Shown here: one piece after another, positions 38,921 to 48,563 of the stretch
Layout of the letters: each line of letters begins with the position of its first letter
Position numbering within the stretch: the stretch's first letter is position 1
NCBI GenBank assembly: GCA_000996205.1
Contig: LBYO01000001.1
Location: 3,077 to 67,076 of the forward strand
Length of the DNA stretch: 64,000 bases
Origin: Parcubacteria group bacterium GW2011_GWA1_40_21
GTDB taxonomy: Bacteria; Patescibacteriota; Minisyncoccia; Phycocordibacterales; GWA1-40-21
Direction of reading: 5' to 3'
Translations under genes and position numbers: made by a program
Notes under the pieces: generated by a model
What the model saw: only the letters and a program-made list of their open reading frames with translations
Told to the model about the DNA's origin: nothing
Databases searched by the model: none

Positions 38921-40384
38921 ATGAGCTATAAGACTACAATAGGATTGGAGATACACGCGGAACTGAAAACCAAGACGAAGATGTTCTGCAACTCAAAGAA
39001 TGACACGGAGGAAAAAAATCCTAATGTGAATATCTGCCCGATATGCATGGGACATCCGGGAACATTGCCAGCGATAAACAAAGAAGCGGTTAAGAAAGTG
39101 CTCAAAGTCGGAGTGGCGCTTGGGGCGGAGCTCGCGGACTTTAGCGAATTTGACCGGAAAAATTATTTTTACCCCGACATTCCGAAAGGTTATCAAATAA
39201 GCCAGTATAAATATCCTCTTGTGAAAGGCGGAGAACTAAACGGAGTGAAGATAACGAGAGTCCATCTTGAAGAAGACACCGCAAAATCTTCTCACGACGC
39301 AGAAGATTACAGCCTAGTGGATTTCAACAGGGCGGGTATTCCTTTGATGGAGCTTGTGACAGAGCCGGTCATTCACAGCGGTTCTGAAGCGGCGGAATTT
39401 GCCAAAGAATTGCAATTATTGCTCCGCTATCTCGGCGCGAGTGATGCCAATATGGAAAAAGGCGAGATGAGAGTGGAAGCAAATGTGTCAGTAAGTAAGA
39501 GCGATATTTTTGGTGTAAAGGTAGAAGTCAAGAATCTCAATTCTTTCAGGGCGGTTGAAAAGGCGGTAGCTTATGAAGTTGAAAGGCAGATTGCCGTGAT
39601 TGAAAGCGGAGAGAAAGTCATTCAAGAGACCAGAGGCTGGGATGAGAATAAGCAGAAAACTTTCTCCCAAAGATTGAAAGAAGAATCCCACGATTACCGA
39701 TATTTTCCCGACCCGGATCTGCCCAAACTAAAAATAAGCGAAATTCTGGAATTCAGCGAAGAGAATTTGCGGAAAGAATTGCCGGAACTGCCGTGGGAGA
39801 AAAGGGAAAGACTGGAAAAAGAATTTGGCTTGAAAGATGAGGCGATTGAAATATTTACGCAGGATATGGCTTCAGGCGAGTTTTTTGAATCAGTGGCATT
39901 CCACTTGGAAACCGAGTTTCCAAGTTCAAGTCCACTTGGAAACCGAGTTTCCAAGTTGGCGGATGCTATCTTGCTTGCTTCCAATTATATTATTTCTGAT
40001 TTGTCCGGACTGATGAAAGATAAAAATATTTCATCTAATGAATTAAAAATAGAGCCGAAAAATTTCGCCAAGCTCATCAAGATGGCGGCTGACGGAGAAA
40101 TTTCATCTAGGGCGACAAAAGATGTTTTGAAAATTATGTTTGATGAAGGCGGGGACCCGGAAAAAATCGTTAAAGAAAAAGGCTTGGCGCAAACTTCCGA
40201 CAATTCTTTCATAAAAAATATAGTTGAGGATGTTGTAAAAAATAATCTCGCCGCTGTTGAAGAATTTAAAAACGGCAAAGAAAATTCCCTACAATTTCTC
40301 GTAGGGCAGGGGATGAAGATTAGCAAAGGCAAAGCCAATCCCGGAGCTTTGCAAAAATTGCTGAAAGAAAGATTGGGGAAATAA
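38921..40384 (+). CDS. gatB: Asp/Glu-tRNA amidotransferase subunit B
   Basis: IGLEIHAEL, RKNYFYPD, DYRYFPDPDL. Confidence 0.97.
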   Translation: MSYKTTIGLEIHAELKTKTKMFCNSKNDTEEKNPNVNICPICMGHPGTLPAINKEAVKKVLKVGVALGAELADFSEFDRKNYFYPDIPKGYQISQYKYPLVKGGELNGVKITRVHLEEDTAKSSHDAEDYSLVDFNRAGIPLMELVTEPVIHSGSEAAEFAKELQLLLRYLGASDANMEKGEMRVEANVSVSKSDIFGVKVEVKNLNSFRAVEKAVAYEVERQIAVIESGEKVIQETRGWDENKQKTFSQRLKEESHDYRYFPDPDLPKLKISEILEFSEENLRKELPELPWEKRERLEKEFGLKDEAIEIFTQDMASGEFFESVAFHLETEFPSSSPLGNRVSKLADAILLASNYIISDLSGLMKDKNISSNELKIEPKNFAKLIKMAADGEISSRATKDVLKIMFDEGGDPEKIVKEKGLAQTSDNSFIKNIVEDVVKNNLAAVEEFKNGKENSLQFLVGQGMKISKGKANPGALQKLLKERLGK

Positions 40385-40440
40385 AAAGCCCATTGATGCA
40401 AAAAGCACCAATGGGCTCTAGGTTGGCAATTGTGAGCAGG

Positions 40441-40821
40441 TTATTTTACAGCGGGTAAATAGTGGTATTGTTTCCCAATGTATACAGTATAGGGCGTATC
40501 CTTGGGGATATTGATAATTAGAGTGTCGCCTTGTTCTTTTATTTCAGGAACGACCCACTCGTAACCATGTATCCAATTATCACCGGCAATGTTTGTTAGC
40601 CCCTTAACTATTATTATCCTGTCATCATAGTTAAGATTGATCTCCTTTGCTAAAACCAGAAGACTGGGATCAAGGTGAGTACTCACGTGCCTGCATATTA
40701 TCAGCTGAACCATATTTGTTCCTGTTTCGTCTGTTTTTAGAAATTCTCCACCTTCGTCACAACCGGCAATAACTGAAATAGCCACAAAAAACAACACATG
40801 CAATAATAAACATTTCCATAT
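40441..40821 (-). CDS. Hypothetical lipoprotein; start codon uncertain
   Basis: Lipobox-like IAGC after a hydrophobic stretch; AGGAGG 6 nt before an in-frame ATA. Confidence 0.55.
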   Translation of the reverse strand: MWKCLLLHVLFFVAISVIAGCDEGGEFLKTDETGTNMVQLIICRHVSTHLDPSLLVLAKEINLNYDDRIIIVKGLTNIAGDNWIHGYEWVVPEIKEQGDTLIINIPKDTPYTVYIGKQYHYLPAVK

Positions 40822-40883
40822 AGTACACCTCCTTTTTGCCAAAAATTTTTATTCAAAAATAAATTCAACTTTCTAAAAATTCA

Positions 40884-41084
40884 CTACATAGGAATAAGAA
40901 TAAATACTTTTACAATATTAAGCGCGACCAATACAAAATAGACCGCTCCGCCAAATGGCAAGATGCACATTGCTCTGCAGAATATTTTAAAACCGAGGTC
41001 AGCGTCTCGGCTGAAAAATATTACCATTATTCCAAAAGCAATGAAGATTCCGGCGAACATCCAAGCCATCATTTCAAGGTTCAT
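40884..41084 (-). CDS. Small hypothetical membrane protein
   Basis: Two TM segments; AAAGGAG upstream of ATG 41084. Confidence 0.6.
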   Translation of the reverse strand: MNLEMMAWMFAGIFIAFGIMVIFFSRDADLGFKIFCRAMCILPFGGAVYFVLVALNIVKVFILIPM

Positions 41085-41243
41085 ATTAAAATCTCCTTTC
41101 AAACTCCCTTCAAAATTTCCAGTTGAATTAGAATTCAATTTTCTAAAAAAAGACTAGCATATTCTTACATTTTTGTCAAATTTCCTTTTATGAATAAATG
41201 CTTATATAATTAACAGCAACTTAACAATAATTTTATTTTTCAG

Positions 41244-42278
41244 ATGAAAAAAACACGAGTGGCTATAAATGGGTTTGGGAGAATCGGGCGGGCGTTTTTA
41301 AAGATTGCCAAAGACAGGAAGGAGATTGATATTGTTGCTATAAATGATCTCGGCGATGTGGAAAATTTCGCTTACCTTCTCAAATACGACACTGTTTATG
41401 GGAAAAGCGATTTTGATATCAGGACGGAGAAGACGGCAGACGGGAATGTTTTGATTGTTGACGGAGAAAAGATTCAGTATTTTAGCGAAAAAGAACCGAA
41501 GAACCTTCCGTGGAAAAACTTGGATATTGATGTTGTTGTGGAATCATCCGGATTTTTCGCGAGTTATGAAAAATCAAAAGCGCATTTGGATGCCGGCGCA
41601 AAGCGCGTGGTAATATCGGCGCCGGTCAAAGACGAAGCAGTCGGAATTATCGGAGAAACGATCCTTCTCGGAATAAATGAAGACAAGCTCAAAGGTTGCG
41701 ACATAAGCTCCAATGCTTCCTGCACCACGAACGCTGGCAGTCCGATTATCGCCATATTGGACGAGAAAATCGGCATTGAAAAAGCAATATTGAATACCGT
41801 GCACGGATACACCGCCAGCCAGTCGCTTGTTGACTCTCCCAGCAAGAAAGATTTGCGCGAAGGCCGCGCGGCCGCGATGAATATCGTCCCGTCTTCAACC
41901 GGCGCGGCAATCGCTATGACTAAAGCCTTCCCGTCTTTGGAAGAAAAATTTGACGGCGTATCGGTAAGAGTGCCGGTCGTGGCAGGGTCGCTTGTTGACA
42001 TAACTTTTATCGCCAAGAGAAATACGACCGTGGAAGAGGTTAACGAAATACTGAAGGTCGCTTCAGGAGAGGCCCGTTGGGAAAATATTTTTTCCGTGAC
42101 GGAAGAAGATCTTGTGTCTTCTGATATTTTAGGGACCAGTTTTGCTTCAATTGCCGACCTCAAATTTACCAGAGTCGTGGATGGAAATTTGGTCAAAGTT
42201 CTGGCATGGTATGACAATGAAATGGGGTACGCTTATACTTTGGTTGAGCATGTGATAAAGAGCGGAAATTACATTTAA
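41244..42278 (+). CDS. gap: Glyceraldehyde-3-phosphate dehydrogenase
   Basis: INGFGRIGR, SNASCTTN, WYDNE. Confidence 0.97.
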   Translation: MKKTRVAINGFGRIGRAFLKIAKDRKEIDIVAINDLGDVENFAYLLKYDTVYGKSDFDIRTEKTADGNVLIVDGEKIQYFSEKEPKNLPWKNLDIDVVVESSGFFASYEKSKAHLDAGAKRVVISAPVKDEAVGIIGETILLGINEDKLKGCDISSNASCTTNAGSPIIAILDEKIGIEKAILNTVHGYTASQSLVDSPSKKDLREGRAAAMNIVPSSTGAAIAMTKAFPSLEEKFDGVSVRVPVVAGSLVDITFIAKRNTTVEEVNEILKVASGEARWENIFSVTEEDLVSSDILGTSFASIADLKFTRVVDGNLVKVLAWYDNEMGYAYTLVEHVIKSGNYI

Positions 42279-42296
42279 GCTTGCTATTGTAAAATT

Positions 42297-43022
42297 ATGA
42301 CAGAAATTATACCGGCGATTTTGCCGGAAGACATTGATGATTTGAGGGAAAAGCTTTCTTTGATTTCAGGAATTATTCCTTTGGCGCAGATTGATGTGTG
42401 CGACGGCAGATTCGCGCCGACAAAAACTTGGCCTTACAAGAAAGGCGTTGACGAGACTTTTTTAAGAATTGTCGGACAAGAGGAGGGCTTTCCTTTTTGG
42501 GGCAGTGTTGATTTTGAAGCTGATCTTATGGTGAAGCATCCGGAAAATATTGTTGATGATTGGATCTCCGCCGGTGCCAAGAGAGTCATAATCCATATTG
42601 AGTCAACGCCGGATCCGCTTTCGCTTTTTCAAAAAATTAAGCTGGAATACGGAGCCTCGGATGAATCGTCTTACGGGGTGGAGACTGGAGTTGCTTTGAA
42701 TATAGAAACTCCGAATGAAGAGGTTTACGAGCTTTTAAGCGAGGTTGATGATGAGGGTGAGCCGGCAATAGATTTCGTTCAATTTATGGGAATTGAGAAC
42801 ATCGGATATCAAGGAGAGCCGTTTGACGAGAGAGTGTTTGAAAAAATTCGCGAATTGCGCGAGAGGTTTCCTGATATTATAATAAGCGTGGACGGCGGAG
42901 TGTCTTTGGAAAATGCTTCCGAGCTCATAGAAGCGGGTGCGAACAGGCTGGTGTCCGGCTCGGCGATTTTTGAAAGCGGGGATATCGCGGGGACGGTTGA
43001 AGTATTCCAGAATATCGGTTAG
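42297..43022 (+). CDS. rpe: Ribulose-phosphate 3-epimerase
   Basis: IDVCDG.F, LMV, GYQGEPF, VDGG, VSGSAIF. Confidence 0.85.
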   Translation: MTEIIPAILPEDIDDLREKLSLISGIIPLAQIDVCDGRFAPTKTWPYKKGVDETFLRIVGQEEGFPFWGSVDFEADLMVKHPENIVDDWISAGAKRVIIHIESTPDPLSLFQKIKLEYGASDESSYGVETGVALNIETPNEEVYELLSEVDDEGEPAIDFVQFMGIENIGYQGEPFDERVFEKIRELRERFPDIIISVDGGVSLENASELIEAGANRLVSGSAIFESGDIAGTVEVFQNIG

Positions 43023-43057
43023 TCATTATCTAATTTAAATACAATTATAAATTTTTT

Positions 43058-43393
43058 ATGAAAAAAGAAACGAAAAAAATCACAATCGGAGATTTGGCCG
43101 TGATAGTCAGTAGGGGTTTTAACGGTGTCGATGAGAAATTCAAGGAAGTCCACAAGAAGATGGACAAGGGTTTTAGCGATGCCCGTAAGGAAATAGAAGA
43201 TCTCGCGATAATGACGGGAAGAGGTTTTGAAGATGTCGATAGAAGATTTGGAGATTTGGAAGAAAAATTATCACGCAAAATTGATGGATTATCCAATAGG
43301 ATTGATGATCTGTCCTTGAATCGCGCCACTCGGGAAGAGCTGAAAATATTGTCCGTTCGGGTGGAGAAAGTTGAGAAAAAAGTCTTTAAATAA
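43058..43393 (+). CDS. Hypothetical coiled-coil protein
   Basis: Internal repeat DLA....RGF..VD..F. Confidence 0.7.
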   Translation: MKKETKKITIGDLAVIVSRGFNGVDEKFKEVHKKMDKGFSDARKEIEDLAIMTGRGFEDVDRRFGDLEEKLSRKIDGLSNRIDDLSLNRATREELKILSVRVEKVEKKVFK

Positions 43394-43400
43394 AATAAAA

Positions 43401-44258
43401 ATGGCGCACCTATCCGATGAACAAATTAAAAAACTAGAAGCGACGGCGAACACGATTCGCCAGGATATTATCGCTATGCTTTTGGAGGCGAAAACAGGAC
43501 ATTCAGCCGGGCCACTCGGAATGGCTGATGTTTTTACTGTCTTATATCACACTGACGCTATTAAACATGACCCGAAAAATCCGGATTGGGAGGAGAGGGA
43601 TAGAATCGTTTTGTCCAACGGCCACATTTGCCCTGTGCTTTATGTGGCGATGGCGCGCGCCGGATATTTTTCGGTTGAAGAGTTAAAAACTCTGCGGAAA
43701 TTTGGGACAAAATTGCAAGGTCATCCGCACCGGCTTGTTTTGCCCGGATTAGAAACGAGTTCCGGTCCGCTTGGTTCTGGTCTTTCACAGGCCGCCGGTA
43801 TGGCCTATGCGTTGAAAGCCGATAAGAAAAAAAATCAGGTTGTCTGCTTGATGGGCGATGGCGAGCTTGATTGCGGTCAAATTTGGGAAGCGGCGATGTG
43901 GGCGGGGAAAAACAAGCTGGATAATCTTACGGCGATAATAGACAGGAACAATATTCAGATAGATGGATTTACGGAGGAAATAATGCCACTTGAGCCATTA
44001 GATGAAAAATTTCACGCTTTCGGCTGGCATGTTTTGGAAATAAATGGCAATGACATCAGAGCCGTTTACGACGCTGTTTTCCAAGCCAGGGCGATTTTTG
44101 AAAAACCGGTTTGCATTATTGCTTACACCATCCCCGGCAAAGGCGTGGACTTTATGGAGCAAGATTTCAACTGGCACGGCAAACCGCCGAATAAAGAGGA
44201 GGGGGAAAAGGCCTTGCAAGAATTAAGAACTCTGGGAGGAAAAATCAGCGGGGAGTAA
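43401..44258 (+). CDS. Transketolase N-terminal subunit
   Basis: RDRIVLSNGH, LQGHP, GDGE TPP motif, WHG. Confidence 0.93.
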   Translation: MAHLSDEQIKKLEATANTIRQDIIAMLLEAKTGHSAGPLGMADVFTVLYHTDAIKHDPKNPDWEERDRIVLSNGHICPVLYVAMARAGYFSVEELKTLRKFGTKLQGHPHRLVLPGLETSSGPLGSGLSQAAGMAYALKADKKKNQVVCLMGDGELDCGQIWEAAMWAGKNKLDNLTAIIDRNNIQIDGFTEEIMPLEPLDEKFHAFGWHVLEINGNDIRAVYDAVFQARAIFEKPVCIIAYTIPGKGVDFMEQDFNWHGKPPNKEEGEKALQELRTLGGKISGE

Positions 44259-44261
44259 ATA

Positions 44262-44789
44262 ATGAAGAAAAAATCAAACAATTACGCATATATAGACGGC
44301 GCGAACTTACACAGAGGTATTGCCGGTTTTGGCTGGAAATTGGATTACAGGCGATTCAGAGTTTGGTTGTCTGAAAAGTATGGCGTTTCGCATGCTTATA
44401 TTTTTATCGGACTTATTGCAAAATACAGTGATTTATATAAATATTTACAAGAGTGTGGATACACTATTGTTTTTAAAGAAGTTGTGTACGATAGCGATGG
44501 CAAGCCTAAAGGTAATTGTGATGCGGATCTTGTTTTGCAGGTGGCGCGTGATACTTATGAAAATAAATTTGACAGTGCGATTATTGTTTCAAGTGATGGC
44601 GATTATGCTAGTTTGATTAAATTTCTTCAAGAAAAAAATAAATTAAAGGCAATACTCTCTCCAAGCGTTCCCCAAAAATGTTCCATCTTATTAAAAAGAA
44701 CCAATGCGCCAATTACATATTTAAGTGGTGTAAAAAATAAAATATCTTTGAAAAACAAAGAAAAAGCCCCCATTAAGGACGAGCCTTAA
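44262..44789 (+). CDS. NYN-domain (LabA/DUF88-like) protein
   Basis: YIDGANL, KGNCDADL, VSSDGDY. Confidence 0.88.
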   Translation: MKKKSNNYAYIDGANLHRGIAGFGWKLDYRRFRVWLSEKYGVSHAYIFIGLIAKYSDLYKYLQECGYTIVFKEVVYDSDGKPKGNCDADLVLQVARDTYENKFDSAIIVSSDGDYASLIKFLQEKNKLKAILSPSVPQKCSILLKRTNAPITYLSGVKNKISLKNKEKAPIKDEP

Positions 44790-44867
44790 CGGGGTCTTTT
44801 TCGTGGTGATATTAATAATATACAGGAAGCAAAAAATATGTCAAACTTATCAAATAATCAAAAATTT

Positions 44868-45437
44868 ATGCCTAACCAAAAAGGATTTTCAAAAATAGCA
44901 ATAATTATTATCGTCTTGATTTTAATCGGCGTGCTGGGCTATATGAGATTTATAAAAAAACCAGTCAGCCTTGATGTGGGTAACCAAGTCCAATTAACTG
45001 AAAAGAAACAAATAGAAACAAAACAAGTAATTAAAACGGACACAGAAAGTTCTCGTGAAGCGCTTGTTTCTTATTTTAATTTGCTTAATAAAAAACAATA
45101 CAGCGATGCGGTAAAATATCACGGTAGCGGATATGATTATCTTAAAAACTGGAACTCTGGTTTAGGCTTAAAAAGCAATGATTATGAATCTTTAATAAAG
45201 AATGGGTGCGAGGTAAACGGACTGCAATGTTTAAAGATAAAGATGATTTTGAATCAACAAAAAATTTCAGAAACAGATTTTAAATTCATAGTGCAATTTG
45301 AAAATAACGACGGAACACTTTTTGAACAAATTAATGAAGATGAAAATCAGTCATTAACGAAGGCAGATTTTGAATACATTGTTAGAAAAACTAATAATCA
45401 ATTTTTAGTAATAACACAGCCGGTATATTCACAATAA
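44868..45437 (+). CDS. Hypothetical protein with a prepilin-like N-terminus
   Basis: NQKGF followed by a hydrophobic helix. Confidence 0.65.
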   Translation: MPNQKGFSKIAIIIIVLILIGVLGYMRFIKKPVSLDVGNQVQLTEKKQIETKQVIKTDTESSREALVSYFNLLNKKQYSDAVKYHGSGYDYLKNWNSGLGLKSNDYESLIKNGCEVNGLQCLKIKMILNQQKISETDFKFIVQFENNDGTLFEQINEDENQSLTKADFEYIVRKTNNQFLVITQPVYSQ

Positions 45438-45446
45438 TTTTGTAAA

Positions 45447-46445
45447 ATGATAAACCCAAACCTAAAACTTAATCCGAAATTGTTTAAAGAGGATATTGAA
45501 CAAGTGCCGACTCGTTTTGGCTATGGGGAAGGGTTGGTGATTGCCGGAAAGGAAAATCCGAATGTCGTGGCGCTTTGCGCCGATTTAACCGATTCCACCC
45601 GCACTTCGGTTTTCAAAAAAGAATTTCCGGACCGGTTCGTGGAGGTTGGCATCGGGGAGCAGAATATGGCGTCGCTCGCGTCCGGAATGGCGGCGGTCGG
45701 CAAAGTTCCATTTATCTCTTCTTACGCTATGTTTTCGCCCGGCCGAAATTGGGAGCAGATAAGGACGACTATTTGTTATAACAATCAAAATGTCAAAATT
45801 GCCGGAGCTCATAGCGGCGTGTCCGTCGGCCCCGACGGCGCCACTCATCAGGCGATAGAAGATATGGCTATCACGCGGGTTGTTCCCAATATGATTGTCA
45901 TCGCGCCTTGTGATGCTATTGAAGCGAAAAAAGCGACCATCGCCGCAGCCAGACACAAAGGTCCGGTCTACATCAGATTTACTAGAGAAAAAACGCCAGT
46001 GATGACGACGGAAGAAACGCCTTTTGAAATCGGAAAAGCGGAAATTTATCGGGAAGGAAAAGATGTTTCCATTATCGCCTGCGGGCCATTACTATATGAA
46101 GCTTTGAAAGCGGCGGAAGAATTGGCCAAAGAGGGAATTGAAGCGGAGGTGATAAACAATCACACCGTGAAGCCGATGGACAAAGAAACTATTTTGCAAT
46201 CGGTCAAAAAAACCGGCTGTGTCGTTACTATAGAAGAGCATCAAGCGGCGGGCGGTATGGGCTCGGCTGTCAGTGAAATTTTGTCTCAAAACCACCCCGC
46301 GCCGATGGAAATAATCGGCGTCAAAGACCGCTTCGGCGAATCGGGAGAGCCCCACCAACTTTTAGAGAAATTTGGGCTTACCGCTCCTTTTATAAAAGAA
46401 GCTGTTTTAAAAGTAATCAAAAGAAAAATTAAATTAAAAGGTTAG
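45447..46445 (+). CDS. Transketolase C-terminal subunit
   Basis: GIGEQNM, GPDGATHQ, TIEEH...GGMGSAV. Confidence 0.93.
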   Translation: MINPNLKLNPKLFKEDIEQVPTRFGYGEGLVIAGKENPNVVALCADLTDSTRTSVFKKEFPDRFVEVGIGEQNMASLASGMAAVGKVPFISSYAMFSPGRNWEQIRTTICYNNQNVKIAGAHSGVSVGPDGATHQAIEDMAITRVVPNMIVIAPCDAIEAKKATIAAARHKGPVYIRFTREKTPVMTTEETPFEIGKAEIYREGKDVSIIACGPLLYEALKAAEELAKEGIEAEVINNHTVKPMDKETILQSVKKTGCVVTIEEHQAAGGMGSAVSEILSQNHPAPMEIIGVKDRFGESGEPHQLLEKFGLTAPFIKEAVLKVIKRKIKLKG

Positions 46446-46655
46446 GCGGGCAGGCAAACTAACTCTTGGAAAAATTCGGATTGACGGCGGAGAATATTAT
46501 TGAGGCTGCAAAGAGAGTTATCAAAAGGAAGTAGTTAAAAAATAAAATTTAATTTTCCTTGACAATAATACTAAATTAGTGCTAGGTTTTATGTGGATAA
46601 ATACGGGCAACAGCGTTGGCTGTTTAGTTTTTTGAAAACTTAATTAAGGAGATAA

Positions 46656-47429
46656 GTGATGACAATGTGGATTACAGCTGCTTTATGTCACGACAAAACA
46701 CTAATGAGACTAAACAATCTGGGGGAAAAAATCAGTGACTTAACATTGAGAGGGTTGTTTTGGGGTAAAAACGGCGCTCTTTCTTTGGAAAAAGAAAGAC
46801 TCAAGATTAACAGATCGCATCAATTCCATTTTACTGAATTTTTAAGCGCTGCTTCCAGCACTTATTACGCCGCGAGCGGTAACGCCGCTTCCCGCATCAA
46901 AGAAGAAAAATTATTTTTTAAACCATTATGGTGTTGGCGCGCGTGGAGGTGTCTGCAAATAGCAGAAAAAAATTCAGACAAGTTTGCCAAATTAAGACCA
47001 ATGAATGAGATGTCTCTGGGAGAATTGGATACCAGAGCCTGCGTTTTGAATAAGGCGGGGCGGCTAAGTGAAGCAATTGTTCTTCTTAGACATGGCATAA
47101 ATAAGATTTCAGCCGAACGAGTTGGAACCGAACACGACCTTTGCTTGTTTCTAGTTCATGAGGCTGATGTGATTGTCGGTATGGGAAGGTATCACAAAGA
47201 CAAAGAGGCGGAAGAAAATTACAAGCAGGCCATGAGATTATCGGAAGATGAAGTCATACCCATCCTTACTAGAGTAAGAGTTATGAAAAGTTACGGAAAA
47301 TTCTTGGCTAGTGTAGGCCGAGCTGATGAAGCCAAATATTTACTGCATAAAGCCTATCAGTCCGCCGAAGAAAACAAACTATCTGACCAGACTGTAAAAA
47401 TAAAAGCTTTGTTTGCAGGCATTAAGTAA
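46656..47429 (+). CDS. Hypothetical TPR-like helical protein
   Basis: Helical repeats (GRLSEA, EAEENYKQA, GRADEA); TAAGGAG upstream. Confidence 0.65.
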   Translation: MMTMWITAALCHDKTLMRLNNLGEKISDLTLRGLFWGKNGALSLEKERLKINRSHQFHFTEFLSAASSTYYAASGNAASRIKEEKLFFKPLWCWRAWRCLQIAEKNSDKFAKLRPMNEMSLGELDTRACVLNKAGRLSEAIVLLRHGINKISAERVGTEHDLCLFLVHEADVIVGMGRYHKDKEAEENYKQAMRLSEDEVIPILTRVRVMKSYGKFLASVGRADEAKYLLHKAYQSAEENKLSDQTVKIKALFAGIK

Positions 47430-47516
47430 GGCTAAGAGACGAAAACGAAAGGCGGGGGACTAAAATCTTTCGCCTTTTTTCTTTGCAAAACTGGCTGATT
47501 AGCATAAAATAAAAGC

Positions 47517-48344
47517 GTGGAAAACAAAGGAAAAGAAGAAGAAAATTTTTTACCTCATCTTTATGAGCCGTTGAGAATCAAAATCGCCGTTCAATATGTC
47601 CGGCAGGAAATGAGAAATTTTTTTCCGGAATTGAGAGAGGAGGTTTTGTGGCGCTCTATGGATAAGCAGATCGGAGATTGGGATAAAAAATTGGGAATAA
47701 GAAATTTTTGGAACGCCGTTCATGGTATTTCAATAGGTTTTCGGTTGAAGAGTCTGGTGCCATGGATAACTTCCTTAAACATAAAATGGAAAGAAAAGGA
47801 GATGCCTGTAAAAGATTTATGGTTTGGCGGGCAATTCGGTCCGATAAAAGAAATGAAATGCTCCCGATCGGCAGCCGAAGTCAAAGATAAAATTTTTTGG
47901 ACAGAAAACAGGGAAATTTTGAACAAGAGCATAAAAATCTTGAAAGAGAAAAAAGACGAAACGGCTCCGAGAGATTATTTTCCTATTTTTGTAATAAAGA
48001 AAAAAGAGAAACTTACGGTAATTGACGGCAATAGGCGGTTATTGCAGGCGATCGTTGATAAAAAAGAAAATATATTGGCGACGATAGGAGAGCCGATCGC
48101 GGAGCCGCCTATTTTTGAACATTGGGTTCCGACTTCTTTGCTTGTTGACCTTGTCTTTTGGCATAAGCGACAAACGGAATCCGAAAAAGACACGAAAGAA
48201 ATAACTGCCCGAATGATCGTTGAGCTGATTAAAGATTCATCCGCCGGACGCATAGAATTTGAAGAAAGAGCCGTTCATAAAGACGATGAAGTTCATTTAA
48301 AACTGGCAGAATCGGTCGCTAAAATTCTAAACGACAATAAATAA
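47517..48344 (+). CDS. Hypothetical protein with a ParB/Srx-like motif
   Basis: PIFV...VIDGNRRL.A. Confidence 0.6.
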   Translation: MENKGKEEENFLPHLYEPLRIKIAVQYVRQEMRNFFPELREEVLWRSMDKQIGDWDKKLGIRNFWNAVHGISIGFRLKSLVPWITSLNIKWKEKEMPVKDLWFGGQFGPIKEMKCSRSAAEVKDKIFWTENREILNKSIKILKEKKDETAPRDYFPIFVIKKKEKLTVIDGNRRLLQAIVDKKENILATIGEPIAEPPIFEHWVPTSLLVDLVFWHKRQTESEKDTKEITARMIVELIKDSSAGRIEFEERAVHKDDEVHLKLAESVAKILNDNK

Positions 48345-48352
48345 CTTATGCG

Positions 48353-48462
48353 CCCCGAATTACGAAATGCAAAAAATTCAGGTCTGGTTGAGCAAAAACA
48401 TTCAAAAGACAAATAGCTTTTGCGACCCGAGGACCTAAATTTTTGCATTTCGTAATTCGGGG
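48353..48462 (+). repeat. ~110-bp hairpin MITE-like repeat, copy 2
   Basis: CCCCGAATTACGAAATGCAAAAA...TTTTTGCATTTCGTAATTCGGGG. Confidence 0.9.
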
Positions 48463-48563
48463 TTATGTGGATAACTTAAATTATGCCCATTTTTAGATGT
48501 GTGCTAAAATTAACCAATTAAAAGTCAAAAAAATCTTTATTAGCAAATCATTAATTATTTTAT

